Shown: positions 1 to 13,524, numbered from the stretch's first letter. The stretch is DNA of 64,000 nt from Octopus vulgaris (GCA_951406725.2 OX597825.1:53134001-53198000), one strand, 5' to 3'. Numbers and translations: made by a program. The notes: a model not told the origin generated them from the letters alone.

Positions 1-1296
1 AATATAACTACCATTTATTACATCGTCTCTCCACTACTGCCTAAGTATCAAAGCTATAAAAACAAACGCATCTACGTCCACTGTGTTTGCGGCATTCTAT
101 ATGTTTTCTAATTTAGCTTATTTTTCTTCTTGAAGTTTCCTGAAGTAAAATAAATTCATTTTAAGATTGTTAAAATTTATGACATTAATATACTTTTCTG
201 TTTCGTGGATTTCTCTTCTAGCTTTTTTCCCAACATCTTTTACAAGATGAAATACATTCAAAGTTAATGTGATGTATTTCTTGTTTTGAAAGCGGTTTTT
301 CGTTTTTTGACAGCAGAGAATCACATCAGCTTGAACGCCTATTTTTATATACATATAACTCTTAATACAATTTTAACAGGATTAGTCACACACACACGTA
401 TGCATGTATGTATGTATGTATGTATGTATGTATGTATGTATGTATGTATGTATGCGTGTATTGTGTATTTGTATACATATGTGCATGAATGTGTTTTTGG
501 GTGTCTGTTCGGGAAGATGGTGACTCAGTCATTTCTCAGAGATTTATCGATGCAAAAGTAGGTGTCTAATCGATCAGATATTCGCTATGATTGACACTAT
601 ACTCGACTTGCATGCAGTTAAGACTCTACATGAAGTAGACATCTGACCAATTTGGCAATTATATGTTCATGATACTGTGCTTGATGATCATTCTTATCAC
701 TATGTGATAACCTAGAATTACAAACTCTCCGTAAAGTACTGAGTCCGATCATCTTTTCACTTTTACACACAGACACACACACACACACACAAGCACACAC
801 ACACAGACACACACAAGCACACATGCACGCACAAGCCAAACAAACACTCGCGCGGGCACACAAACATATTATACGCGCGCGCAGGCGTGTATTCATAGGT
901 TACATATAAAGAATACCATAATACCATCCGAAAGCACTCAACCAGTTGTAGATGCTGAATCGATGTTTGTTTTATAAACTGGCGGATGTTTTACAATTGT
1001 ACCTTGTCTGTGATATATTTTCGTATTTTTTGAAGCCTACTTTAGATATAATTTTGTAATTGGTGTGAGTATACGAAACAAGCGACAAGTAGTTAAATAA
1101 ATAGATGTGACTACATAGAGAGCCTGATATACAGAAATATTTACAGTTTAATATATATTTTATAGTTCGTGTACTGTACATTATACTGGTACAAGGGGTT
1201 ACTTTTGAATTTATAGTTTTTCTCTTTTATATCATGACGATGCCGCTTTTTAACACCACTACGAAGATGCACCTGTATTTCTCGATTGACTTGTAG

Positions 1297-1341
1297 TGAC
1301 GGTTAAACCTCGTTATACGAACTTGAAGCTGAGTTTATTAC
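1297..1341 (+). CDS. Candidate internal coding exon A of an unidentified host gene (xTVKPRYTNLKLSLL)
   Basis: Acceptor tatttctcgattgacttgtAG, donor tac|GTAAGG, 45 nt, open in phase 1 to 1; joins exon B in frame (C+AT = His). No homology search done. Confidence 0.4.
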
Positions 1342-1559
1342 GTAAGGAGTTCCTCGATATGTCATGTCTGAGTGAACGGAATGAATAATGTCGATCAATT
1401 TTCTGTTGAATACCAACTAATATAAGACTAAACAGTATGAACATTTGACCTCGATATTCGACCTCATATCGACACCTCGATACTTCATGTCTAAATTTGA
1501 ATTGTGTGTTATGTACAAATATTGTCTATTGAAATCTTTAACATTAAATTTGTACAGTT

Positions 1560-1726
1560 CTATATTTGAGAGATGAGGAATTATGTACATTATTTACATT
1601 TGACGGACATTTGTCCTCATCTTGTTTGTTGTTAACACAATGTTTCAGTTGATATACCCTCCATACTTCATGAGGTGACTTGGGGAAATTTCGAACCTGG
1701 GTTCTCATTCCTAAGGTATTTTTCGA

Positions 1727-1757
<31 letters not shown>

Positions 1758-1800
1758 GTTATTATTATTATTATTCAGGTCACTGCCTGGAATCGAACTT
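1560..1800 (-). mobile_element. SINE-like repeat: tRNA B-box, (AAT)n, body with degenerate hammerhead motif (copy 1)
   Basis: Minus strand reads GTTCGATTCC (B-box) aggcagtgacctg (aat)n aacatcgaaaaatacc...gtcacCTCATGAag...ctGAAACattgtgtt...; it is an inverted homologue of 2300-2545. Confidence 0.7.
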
Positions 1801-1813
1801 GGTTCGAATAATA

Positions 1814-1865
<52 letters not shown>

Positions 1866-1879
1866 CGACGACGACGACG

Positions 1880-2006
<127 letters not shown>

Positions 2007-2013
2007 TAATAAT

Positions 2014-2302
2014 CCTACTATGATAGGAATTGTTTCTCTGAAAACAGAAACAATTCCTATCATAGTAGGTGCATTAGGCATGATAAAAAAATATTCAGAC
2101 AAATACATAACAAAAACACCAGGACTTACAAACACATATAACATACAGAAAATTGCACTACTAGGCACTGCACACATCCTACGCAGAATACTTTCCATAC
2201 AATAACCATCAGAGCATCACAACAAATCACAGCACATACCCAAGGCACACAGAGCTGCGCTCGGTAGTGAAGTGAAAGCACGCTATAAAAATAAAACTAA
2301 TG

Positions 2303-2340
<38 letters not shown>
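2014..2340 (+). mobile_element. 5'-truncated R4/Dong-clade non-LTR retrotransposon 3' end within (TAA)n
   Basis: Encodes TETIPIIVGALGMIKK...IQKIALLGTAHILRRIL*, the typical C-terminus after the R4-clade RLE endonuclease. Followed by a short 3'UTR and (AAT)n tail; (AAT)n also upstream. Confidence 0.85.
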
Positions 2341-2344
<4 letters not shown>

Positions 2345-2545
2345 TCGAAAAATACCTAACGAATGAGAACCCAGGTTCGAAATTTCCCCAAGACACCTGA
2401 TGAAAGCTGGTAGGTATATCAGCAGTAACGGTGTGTTAACAACAAACAAGATGATAACAATGTAATATATACGTTCAGAGATTTAATAAAGATGATAACA
2501 AATATCCGTCAAATGTAAATAATGTAAAAAATGTAAATAATGTAA
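2300..2545 (+). mobile_element. SINE-like repeat body with degenerate hammerhead motif (copy 2, headless)
   Basis: aacatcgaaaaatacc...gacacCTGATGAaagctg...cagcagtaacggtgtgtt...aaatgtaaataatgta; homologous to 1560-1800 (-). Confidence 0.7.
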
Positions 2546-2823
2546 AAAATGTAAATAATGTATTCAGTGTGTAGATGTAAAATAGCAACAAGACTCATTA
2601 AAGCATTTGTGGCAAAGAAGTAGAAATCTAGATGCTTAGAAAGTACAGTACTCGCAACCTGGAAAATACATAACGCGGTGGGTATAAGTCTTTCGATATA
2701 CCTCCCTAAGCAGCGACATATTTCTTTTGAAATATTCAAATAGAGTTAAATATATCGAATTTGTTTTAGATTTCATATTGTCTTTCTCGTATTTGCAATT
2801 AATTACACATTTGTAATTAACAG

Positions 2824-2857
2824 ATGAAAATGGGACAAACCTGAAAGCTGATCAACA
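2824..2857 (+). CDS. Candidate coding exon B (HENGTNLKADQQ)
   Basis: Acceptor ttgtaattaacAG, donor aca|GTACGT, 34 nt, phase 1 to 2, compatible with exons A and C. Confidence 0.4.
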
Positions 2858-3302
2858 GTACGTCACGCATCACAGCAGGAAGAAGAGCAAACTCAAATAC
2901 AGTGACAGTAGCTAAAACTATTGGAAATTTTAAACGATCAGTGTAGCAAAATTCAGTTCTCTAGTTATCCAATAATCCATAAAGATTTATATCGTTCTGT
3001 TTTGGAGAGAATCTTGGAATATTGCAGAATATTATAAGGAGAAATGAAAATCGGCAGTAGCAGCAAAAATGAGCCTAAAAGGGGTATTAATATTGAGGTC
3101 GCTACTCTTACTACGAATGAAACCTACAATCTCATTATATCAGATGTTATCGTTGTAAATAACGGAGTCATTAGACAATAAAGTAATCCATGACGTATAA
3201 AAAAGACAAAGCGGAAATTACTACTGGAAAATCTTTCTTAATACTTCTGTTCGAGCAACGCTGACTCGAGACAAGTGAACAAAAACAACAATAATGATGA
3301 TT

Positions 3303-3834
3303 TCTTACATAATATCCGTTCTGTCTGTGTGTGTGAGTCTTCTTGGATCTCAGGTATCCTCCATCCGATTGCGCTCAAATTTCATATGTAGATACCGAGG
3401 GTATCAGGGCGTGTATAATATTACAAAAATCGATTCCAGGTGAGATTGCGATCGATAAAGCCGTTTTTATCCTACGTTTCTTCCATCAACCTGTACATAC
3501 CAGCACCTTCCATTATTTGTTGTTTTTGTACTATTTAAAGGTACGTTTATTTCCTCCAAGCTTACTGTCTAAACCATGTTTGTGTTCTCCCAGCCATATC
3601 ATTACTGGTACTTTAAACTCTTCGGTTGCATATTTGTGTGAATAAAATCGTTTTTCTTTGGAATGGAAAAAAAGTCTAACTTTATTTCTTCTTTTGCTGG
3701 TGTCTCAAATTTAGGTTAGTCAGTGTTTCTCAAAGGGGATACCTATTGGACGGTCAGACAAGTTGTTTTGAGAAAATTTGGTTTATATGTTTGACAGCTC
3801 AGCACCGCCCATTGGACGGGTGGCGCTTTGCTCG
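3303..3834 (+). mobile_element. Non-autonomous Helitron-like element
   Basis: 5' TC followed by ctgtctgtgtg and ccgatt...aaattt; subterminal GC hairpin gcaccgccc-attggac-gggtggcgc ending CTCG|T (cf. Helitron CTRR|T). Confidence 0.5.
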
Positions 3835-5134
3835 TGCCTAATATAACTAGTATGGTTGGAATAAGTCAAATACAACGAGTGCGTAACAACATATATGACG
3901 TACACGTGGGAAACGATATTCGATCTCATGTCGGCAAATATTCCGAATTATACTGACAGTTGCTCTGTTAGAATTTGTCTGACACAAGAAATATTAAAGA
4001 AAACAGAATGTGTCTGTAGCAACGTTAAAAGCACAACATGGAGGAAAAAAAATCATGAAATACAGCAAAATATTGCACGAAGTTGTAGAAATAATAATGC
4101 TCTAATATTACCGGAATTGTTAGAAGTCTGTAGACAATTCCTGCTGCGTCAGTTCCGGCAACTAGTCATTGTGAAACATATTCTTCGTGATTAATATTAC
4201 ATCCATGCACCCCTCCACTCAATTCGTCCATCCACCCATCAGTTCATCTATTCATTCACCCTTCCATATATACACAAAAATATAAGTATACATAGTACCT
4301 ATACACATATATGTGTGTGTGCGCGTGTGTATATAATATGCATATACATATATACATATGAACTTGTGCATATATTTACATACATATACATGCATGCATA
4401 TACTCATATATCAACATACTTAACATATATAGCACGTAAATATACATAGATATTTATGCGTTTATATATATTTTGTATGTGTGTGTGTGTGTGTGTATTA
4501 TGTGTGTTATAATAGTCTTGATCGTTACGTTGATACTTTGACGGTTTTAAAGAGGCACTACCGCTGACACTTTGAAGTCACTGTGAAAAAATACAAATCT
4601 TGGACAGATGTTATACTAACATTTAGTTAAATATTGCATGTATAATCCAGTGTCATCTATTTCTCCGATGGTTATTCGTTTCAGCTTTTAGATACATCTT
4701 GAAACCTCCCACACTGTCCCTTAATATAGCAAACATTCCTTAACTACACACAAAATGAAATGCCAGAAAGACAGGTCAGTTATTCCTCTACAATGTTTTG
4801 CAAATTCTTATAAATATATCTCCTTCTCTGTATATATTCACCACGGAACAAACATGATTTTTATTGAACTCAAAATGCTTTTTGGAGTCCCGTTCTGATT
4901 ACTTTCTTAACTAATTTCTTGTAAAATGTTTTTATCAAAGAATAGATATATGGCTTCTAATACTTTTGTGATAACCAGTACTTAACACAACAAAACTCAC
5001 ACAAAGCTTTACATTTTACTTTTGACAATCTTTTCCTAAAACAGTGAAACCGGTCAAGTGAATATATATCTTTAAAATTGTATTTTCAAACCTTCTTTCA
5101 TATATATATATACATACATACATACATATATATA

Positions 5135-5233
<99 letters not shown>

Positions 5234-5471
5234 GTATATATGTATATATTAATAGTATCTATACTGTTTTATAAAACTATAACTATTCTTTGTTTAGTAG
5301 TTGCTGACGAGGTGGACGTTTGATGTAGCAATTTCCTAGAACTAGTTTGAGGTAAATATTTCACATTTTCTTTTTGGCGTAAATTTGATTTGAAATTCTT
5401 AACGATTTTTAGAATTATACGCCAATAAAGTCATGGTACTTTTTAGATACCAATGGGCGCTCTTTCCCTTA

Positions 5472-5513
<42 letters not shown>

Positions 5514-5549
5514 TTATATATGCAAATATCTGAAAATGGATGTGTCTAG

Positions 5550-5650
<101 letters not shown>

Positions 5651-6314
5651 TATATGCGTGTGTGTGTATGTATATAAACACACATACATATGTACATACT
5701 TATTCACCAACATTCATATGTTGTTAGTACATGTAATGCCTTCAACTAGCTTTATATTTACATTAAATTTCGGTTACTCGTCAATGAGTATTGAGGAACA
5801 CAACAAAAACATGTATATAATTTATATGAATGCTTCTTAACACCACCCCTCTCAACTCACATCATTCAAAATTCTTACACAGCGACAATTCATTCTTTTG
5901 TTTACGTTACAAGCACATTTGGCAAGATACTATGAACAATTAGAAACGGAGCATGTATTAAAAAATAGAATGAAAGATTTAACACCAAGTTACTCTGAAT
6001 GAGGACAATTTAACCATTTTTAGTATTGTATGAAAAGAGTTTCAACAGCAATTTAGCAAGAATAATATTTTATTTTTGGCTGGTTTTCATTTATTTTAGA
6101 AAAAATTCCTGCTTTCTTCTACTCATTTTTAGAGTTTCCGTAATAAAAAATATTTTCTGAAAAGTCGACAGTCGTGAAATAAAGATAATATAAACAAAAC
6201 AAAAATAAAATATCTGCGTGCGTGTATGTGCGTCTATATGTGTCTGTATGTATGTGTGCGCGCGCGTCTATGTATGAGAGAGAATATTCATACATATCAT
6301 GGTACATTCATGCA

Positions 6315-6366
<52 letters not shown>

Positions 6367-6387
6367 GCACACACATATATATGTATG

Positions 6388-6453
<66 letters not shown>

Positions 6454-6861
6454 GACATGGATATGATCGCATTATTGATTTTTAGTTTTTGTTTAAAAAT
6501 ATTTTCCTAAAAATAGAAACAAAAAAATTATCAGGTGTGTTCATTCGAAAATGTGTAATAATACCAATTCTTTGGAAATGCTAGTTGTTGAAGAAGAGAG
6601 AAGTAGTGGAAGAAGATGAAGACGGAGGAAAAAATAAAGACACACCAGACAGGAGACAGGACAAGAAAACGAAGAAGAGCTAGAAAAAAAGATGACAGAA
6701 GAAGAAGAAGAAAAATAAGACAGAAGACACGAGACAGTGAAAGAAGACAGAAGAAAGGAGACAAAACGAAAAATGTTATGCCAATCGTTGTGATGACGAC
6801 AATGCCGACGACGATGGTGGTTATCATGTTGATGATGAACTAGAAGGAAAAAGAATTTTAC

Positions 6862-6896
<35 letters not shown>

Positions 6897-6908
6897 TTTT
6901 ATTATTAA

Positions 6909-6939
<31 letters not shown>

Positions 6940-6976
6940 GTTGTTGTTGTTGTTGTTGTTATTATTATTGTTGTTG

Positions 6977-7049
<73 letters not shown>
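6862..7049. repeat. Compound (TTA)n/(TTG)n microsatellite
   Basis: Direct reading; source of the poly-N ORF. Confidence 0.95.
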
Positions 7050-8011
7050 CAGTCATTTTCGTTGAAGAAAATATAGTTTGAAAATATTCGAAGAGAGAGA
7101 GAGAGAGAGGACGAGTGAAACCAGCATATTTAAAATAAAAATAAATGTGTGATGAAAAGTATATAAGTGACGGTGAAAAAGCGGTTTTCTCCTTAAAGAC
7201 AACAAAATAAGAAAGAAATTGCCGTGCATTGAATGGTATTGTCTGTTGTATGGTACTTTAAAAAGACAATATAGTAATCATTTGAGGCTAAACATTGATC
7301 CAAAACTTCGTTGCCATTGGCCAAACTACATTTGAGAACAAATACAACAATACAGTTAAATCTGGCGAAGAAAATTAATGTGTTTAAATACAACCATGGC
7401 ACTTTTAATTCAAGGAAAGAATCGGTTTGTTTTCTACCATTAGCTCACAATTATTTAAGGGCGTATATTTCTATTACCAGTTAGTGATAATAGACTAATC
7501 TTGAAATATTTCCTCCAAATATTTCCTGTCATTTAGATTAAGGAGGTTATATTGTTGTTGATAATGATGTTGTGTACCTCCAGGGCAACAATTGTCGGCA
7601 TTAAAAAAATATATATATCATGATACTATCAAATTAAATTCCAGTTTAGTAAATCATTTGTTGGATGTTGGAGTCATTTTGAATAGATACATACGAGTCA
7701 ACGTGAGACAGTTATTTTCCTAGATTTCTGAGCTGTTCTAATTCTGCAGATTTTTTTCGGGTGATATATTCTCATTTAGTGTATCTGGACTATATTCTCT
7801 AATGTGCTATTGCTTGTGAAAGACTAATTTGAGAGAAATGTCCATGATATTTAAAAGAGATCTAGTTAGAAATTACTATGGGGTACAAAGAGTAGTTATA
7901 TTTGAAATTTTACTCCGTATTATTCACAACTGACACAACTTGTAATTGTGTTATACAGAGATATTCTATTTAAGTTAAACTAGTTATCAACATGTATAAT
8001 ATCATATATAT

Positions 8012-8066
<55 letters not shown>

Positions 8067-8806
8067 GATGAAATAAGTCGCGTTTATCACCTAATTGATG
8101 TACCTCTGTACAGAAATTGCTAGCCTTGTGACAAAATTTGAAAGCACTTTTAGTTGTAGCGGCTATGCAAATTCTGACGTTATTTAGAAAATTAGTGGTC
8201 GTTTTTTTTCCTATAAATGTTAAGTCTCCATGCTTAGTACTAAAAAAAATGTCTTGGGGATAACGTCTTTGAAAACTATATTCTTTTTAATATACCTGTC
8301 ACCTCTTCTAACTCTCCATTAGTTATCTATTATTTTCAACTTTTCATCAAGAAACGAAACTATTTTAAAAAGAGATTAATACCTATAATTCCCATTGGCT
8401 AAAAACTACTGAGAATATATTTTAGAAATAAACATAAAGCGTCAACGCTTTTAACAAACTTAGCTAAGGGAAGAAATCAAAGAGACATTTTATTTAGCAT
8501 ATTCATTTAAAATCTTACTACTTTGGAAATACTTTAACACACCACCATATATTCTAATATATCCTTATTTCTAAAATAATGGATATGGCTAGACTTAAGT
8601 CAAGTATCCTATTAAAGCAATATGGTAGTTGAACCACATTTTTCTCATATATATATGTGTGTGTATGGATGGATATAGGCATGCATCTGTTTATGTGTGC
8701 GTATGTGAGTATGCTTGTATGTACGCATATATACGCAAAGTCAAAATGTCTTTGATGAACATTCCTATTCCACTGTGGATATAATGTATCTTCATCGATT
8801 TGACAG

Positions 8807-8854
8807 AAAACGTCCTGAGAAGAATGGGATGAAAGACCGTCTTCCTCGACAAAG
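8807..8854 (+). CDS. Candidate coding exon C (KRPEKNGMKDRLPRQ)
   Basis: Acceptor atcttcatcgatttgacAG, strong donor aaag|GTACGT, 48 nt. The only open frame is phase 2 to 2, matching exon B. Confidence 0.5.
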
Positions 8855-8929
8855 GTACGTCCATCTCTGGTACAGAGGATAGTTTAGTTTCATACATGGG
8901 CGTAAAATTCCACAATGTATGAAAGATGT

Positions 8930-9360
8930 AAAGTTGATGATCTTATAAAATTAGTAAAAGATGTTGAATACAAACATAGAATTAGTATCTTCCAAACTAA
9001 ATTAAATGAATTTAATGAATCTATTTAAAAACATTGATGTACATTTATAAGAGCAAATCAAAGAAAAATATGTAGTAGAAAGATACACACATATATTGCT
9101 AATCTTGAAAGAGAATAAAAATGATTTTACCCCAGAAGCTCAAGATTGGTAAATCTAACAAGAAGCAAATAGGCATAATCAACAACTATATATACTTCAT
9201 ATGACAAGACATGTCAGTGCTGCCTCAAAACTAATCCAGTGGATATTTAACTGTGCAACTATTTCATGTTTAAAAAAATTAATGATGATCTATACTGAAA
9301 ATTCATTCTCCTGTTAGGCATTGAGGAATTTTATACCGCGGTCCCCAATTTGTTAAAGAA
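8930..9360 (+). mobile_element. Degenerate Penelope-like element RT fragment
   Basis: Pieces translate to LILKENKNDF.., RLVNLTRSKIGII, LIQW and FILLLGIEEFYTAV, matching the PLE motifs LKDHK.NF, RLINP.KSEIG.I, NQW and FDI.EFYPSI; many stops and frameshifts. Confidence 0.65.
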
Positions 9361-9479
9361 GTGAGATGAAATAGGTAAATTTGTTATGCGTTCATGTATT
9401 AAAATATCTACAAAACGCAAAACTGATTAGGCCTTTATATTCAGGTGCAGTTTATATTTTTCAATATTTTTTTTATTTA

Positions 9480-10368
9480 ATCGTTCTTGTATAGAAATTG
9501 TTTCCTTGCACTAGTAGATGGCAAAAAACGGCGAAGTTTGGTTGGATATTCCCTGTACATATATCTATGTATTCACTCGATGGTATATGTCAATACCTTG
9601 GGAAACAGATCTGTTCATTAAGCTGGTAATTCTCTCTCGAAGTGACATTCTCGTTTGACCTCTATAGTCGTGTCAACAACCTGAACAAGTCATTGTGTAA
9701 ATTAAATTTTCGTATGTGCATGTAAAGTTGGTCTTAATTGTGAATCTGTGTCCTTGTTTGAAATGGAATACCGAACCCATCAGTAGTTTGGGGCATTTTC
9801 CACAATTTGGACGTCAACTTTCTCTTCACTATTGGTTTCGTTGTTATTAAGTATAGCTTCGCATTTGTCAGAAGATTTTTTAGTGATTTGGGTTGGTTTT
9901 TACATTTGATGAACTTGTGTGTTTGTAGAATGTGGTTCATATTTGGATCCCTAGTGAGCACTGGTAGATTTTGAGTAATGGTGTTGTATGGCTCATTGTT
10001 TCTATGGCTGTGATTCGATATATTAGAAGTTTTAGATGAGGTGTAGGATTTCATTTTATTTCCTTTTGTGTTTTGATGTCTATTTTCTACGCACGTTTTA
10101 ATCTGTCATCTATAAGTGTGTGTGTGGATAGTGTCTCTCGAGTAGTGTTGATATGTGTCCTTGAAGACAGAGGTCCCGAGTATTTGTATCCGACACTATT
10201 ATGCAACTACTTTTCACTAAATTAAAAGGAATATTTCTTCTGATGTGCGTCGGGTGGCATGAAATAGACAGAAGATATTGCTTCGAGTCCGCTGGTCTAT
10301 GATAGATATCAGTTTCAATTTGGTCGTTAACTTATTGATCAAAATATCTAGGAATGGGGGTAGTTCAC
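9480..10368 (-). mobile_element. Penelope-like element fragment: RT C-terminus, linker and GIY-YIG endonuclease (pseudogenised)
   Basis: Minus strand gives PFLDILI, ETDIYHRPADSKQYLL.ISCHPTHIRRNIPFNL, then FTCTYENLIYTMTCSGC*HDYRGQTRMSLRER (GIY-YIG pattern). Confidence 0.85.
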
Positions 10369-10532
10369 ACACACATACATTTACATATAATATTTGTTTT
10401 TATGCTAAGCATAATAAAAACAATTTTTCATTAAAGTGAAAAAGTACTCAATACCTTTTCTAGAGTATAAATTTATTATTGTTTAACATGCTTGTGTGTG
10501 CGTGTGAGTGTGTAATTTTTATTGTTTGCAAG

Positions 10533-10603
10533 GAAAGTGTAGACAGAGACTTCGAAATACGCCTTGCTCACCTTAAGCACACTATTGAAGATCAGGAATA
10601 TGA
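10533..10603 (+). CDS. Candidate coding exon D (ESVDRDFEIRLAHLKHTIEDQEY)
   Basis: Acceptor tttttattgtttgcaAG, donor tga|GTAAAT, 71 nt, phase 0 to 2; joins exon E in frame. The phase does not match exon C directly. Confidence 0.4.
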
Positions 10604-11235
10604 GTAAATTCAAACTTTGTCGGCACTTTTAAACTTTTCCTAATGAAAATTTATAAATTTGTAATCTACTAATAAGTATTTTGTAATCCTTCAGTTACAT
10701 CCTGAATCGTGATTATATGTAAGATGATATGAACACAAGTATCAATATATATGAAAATACGCAAAAACTCACATATCTCATATACATACATACTTACGAA
10801 CATATATATGTAAGTATGTACTTACGTACATATATTTGTGAATGTGTGTGTGTATGTATGTATGTTGGTAAATTATGCTGAAGCCAAAATATTCATTTAT
10901 CAGCCAATTCTCTTACGAATAATATTAATATCAATAAAATAAATGTTTTGTCTATAATAAATTGTCTCTGATTTCATTCCATAGTCAAATAACTTACCAA
11001 ATTATATAAATGCTGTCTGCATAATAAATTATGTTTCGATTGTGATGCTTGGGTAATATTTTGCTGATTTAAACCAGTACGTACATAGATATTTGTAGAA
11101 TAATATTGCTTAGTACGAACGTGTTATATGAGTAATATCAAAATGTGTCATTGTCATTGTCATCACAAATATTTTCCTTTAACTTCCAGGTTTTCTTAAA
11201 GTGAGGGATTGCTTATTTTCTGTGAGACTTATTTA

Positions 11236-12085
11236 CGAGAAGAAATCAAAAATTATCCGCACTTTCGCTATAACATATCTTTATTACTGTCACACTACTT
11301 ACTGCACATGTGTGCTTATAGTTGGTGAAATTGTGGTCACGTTATCGAAGTATGGGCCTGATGGCGCTATCTTCCTTTCTAGCTTTACAGTGTAAGCATG
11401 GGCGCTCCCCTAGCAATATGAACCAAAGAGGAACAAAGCGCAGTCACAGGAGATGAAGCATAGATCCATCATTATGAGGCAGAATTCAAATGATAGTGTA
11501 TGGAGTGGAAACATCCTAGCTCGGCAGCCACGAAGTAATTCATGACTTATTCTTCTGTGAGAAAGGTCAAGCTAACCGTTTTGGAGACTCAAAAAGGCTT
11601 AGACTGGAAGACTACCTGGAAAAGCGGCGCACGATCAACAGTGCAAGATAGAGTGATTTGATGGCCAACGAACTGGAACTAGCATTTTGCACCAAACGTC
11701 GGATAAGGTTTTATTGTTACATGGCAATGAACGGAAACATACAACCGCTCAGACGATTGAAACCATTAACCAATTGGGTTTTGAGGCGCTTGAACATCCA
11801 GCCTTCAACCCAGATCTCGCGCCTTCCGACTATATCTTTCGACCGCTCAAACGTGGTTTACGAGGTCGTTTTCCTACGGATGAAGATGTGAAGGAAGCGG
11901 TACATAAATGGCTGCATGGCCAACGATAAACCTTCTTCGAGGGAATACCCAAGCTTGTGGACCGCTGGAACAAGTGCATCAAAAAGGAAGGAGACTATAT
12001 AGAAAGATGACGTACTTGTTTATTCTCTGCTTTTGTTTAATTTCATTAAAAAAAAAGGGTAAGTATAATTTTCGACTCTCCCTCG
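11236..12085 (+). mobile_element. Internally deleted mariner (DD34D) transposon
   Basis: TA-flanked TIRs cgagaagaaatcaaaaattatc / taattttcgactctccctcg. Remnants MGAPLAI*TKEEQSAV|TGDEA*IHHYE and LLHGNE...LEHPAFNPDLAPSDYIF; the HTH region is deleted. Confidence 0.9.
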
Positions 12086-12164
12086 TATATATATCCGTGT
12101 TTGTATATATGTATATCTGATGTCCTCAATCTTTTATCAGTCATTTTTTTATTCATGAGATTCA

Positions 12165-12545
12165 GGCTATCCTGCGCTGCTCATTTCAAGGCTTCAGTCA
12201 AACAAATCGACCCCAGTAATTATCATTTTTTAAAGATCTATATTCATTCTGCCTGTTTCTTGCACTGAAAGCTAATTTCGAGACTGGTACTTTTTCTGTC
12301 GAACCGTTAATATACTGGGAGGTAAACACACCAACACCGGTTGTAAAGGATTAGTGGGGGAACTAACACATGTACAAACACTCACAGTTATATACATTCA
12401 TACATGCATGCATACACATACATACAAACATACATACATATAGCAACGGATTCTTACACTTACCGTATTCCAACTCACAAGGATTTGGTCGGCTCAACAC
12501 AGTGGGACTGAACCCGGAACCATGTGTTTGGGAAGCAAACTTCTT
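12165..12545 (-). mobile_element. tRNA-derived SINE family A, degenerate copy
   Basis: Reverse of gcttcccaaacacatggttccgggttcagtcccactg plus body homologous to 46614-46972. Confidence 0.75.
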
Positions 12546-12566
12546 AATTCACGTTTACATCTGCAC

Positions 12567-12656
<90 letters not shown>

Positions 12657-12674
12657 CTGTATCTGTATCTTTTA

Positions 12675-12830
12675 ATTCCTCATTGTCAAGACTGCATATC
12701 CGTCCTCTTCCTTCTTCAGCTTCAAGGCCCTCATCAACACTAAGGAATTTCTGAAACCATCTTCGTACTATGAGATCAGTTGTGGACCACTTTCTCCGTA
12801 CTCTGTTGATATCGGCAACAGTTGGGAGGC
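12675..12830 (-). mobile_element. Mariner transposase HTH fragment
   Basis: Minus translation VRRWFQKFLSVDEGLEAEEGRGRICSLDNE resembles mariner WF.KF.SGD.SLEDE.R.GRP. Confidence 0.65.
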
Positions 12831-12900
12831 ATTGTGCCCAAGACTGAACTCATGGAAGAACAGTAAGCGAAGGTTCTTTTTGGTCATGTTCATAATTAAG

Positions 12901-12934
12901 AGCGCCTATGCGTCAGGAATGTTTTCTGTCTGAA
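12901..12934 (+). CDS. Candidate coding exon E (EAPMRQECFLSE)
   Basis: T-rich acceptor ending cataattaAG, consensus donor gaa|GTAAGT, 34 nt, phase 2 to 0; compatible with exon D (or C) upstream and exon F downstream. Confidence 0.45.
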
Positions 12935-13283
12935 GTAAGTAGAAAATTATTAAAACTCATACATCAATTACTAAGTGTGTCGAAATTCACCTAAAATATA
13001 ATTAAGATACTATGATAAAATTGCGTTTCAAAACACAACATTTACAGCGACCGTTATTTTCGGAACAACCTAATAAAAACATTGAAATGAAACGGGTTAA
13101 CTTGATACGTTAATGGACAAAAAACTAATAAACGTGAATTCAGTCTCACTATAAATATGTAACTGAATCTAATTCAGATTCATTTCTCTTACGTATCATG
13201 GATGCATAACTGCATTGATGAATACTGTTCACTCATACTAACAACGCATCAGTGGTTATATTTAGCCTCAAAACATCAACAAT

Positions 13284-13480
13284 TACGAGGAGTTGCTGAA
13301 AAAGTCCTTGCTTTGGGTAAAAGTAAATACAGGAGGATCAGTTAATTATGACTTTATTAGACTTGATCCCGTATTAGTTTCACAAACTTATTAATTGCAG
13401 CGATCCTTCACGTTTTCTAAGCTCTATAAAATATCTCAAAATGTTGAACTTCTAAGTTGGCCTTTCACGACACCATTAAA
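13284..13480. mobile_element. Mariner-type terminal fragment
   Basis: Begins TA|CGAGGAGTTGCTGAAAAAGTCC, like the mariner TIRs elsewhere in the window; no partner end seen. Confidence 0.4.
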
Positions 13481-13524
13481 GCTTTACAGCACCCTGCGTA
13501 TACTCCATTTCAGTATTAATAACC

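Noticed and set aside
540-557. 18-nt micro-exon (phase 1, IYRCK) upstream of exon A, and acceptor at 11190 giving an early stop
   Set aside because: Too short to distinguish from chance splice-like sites without transcript data.
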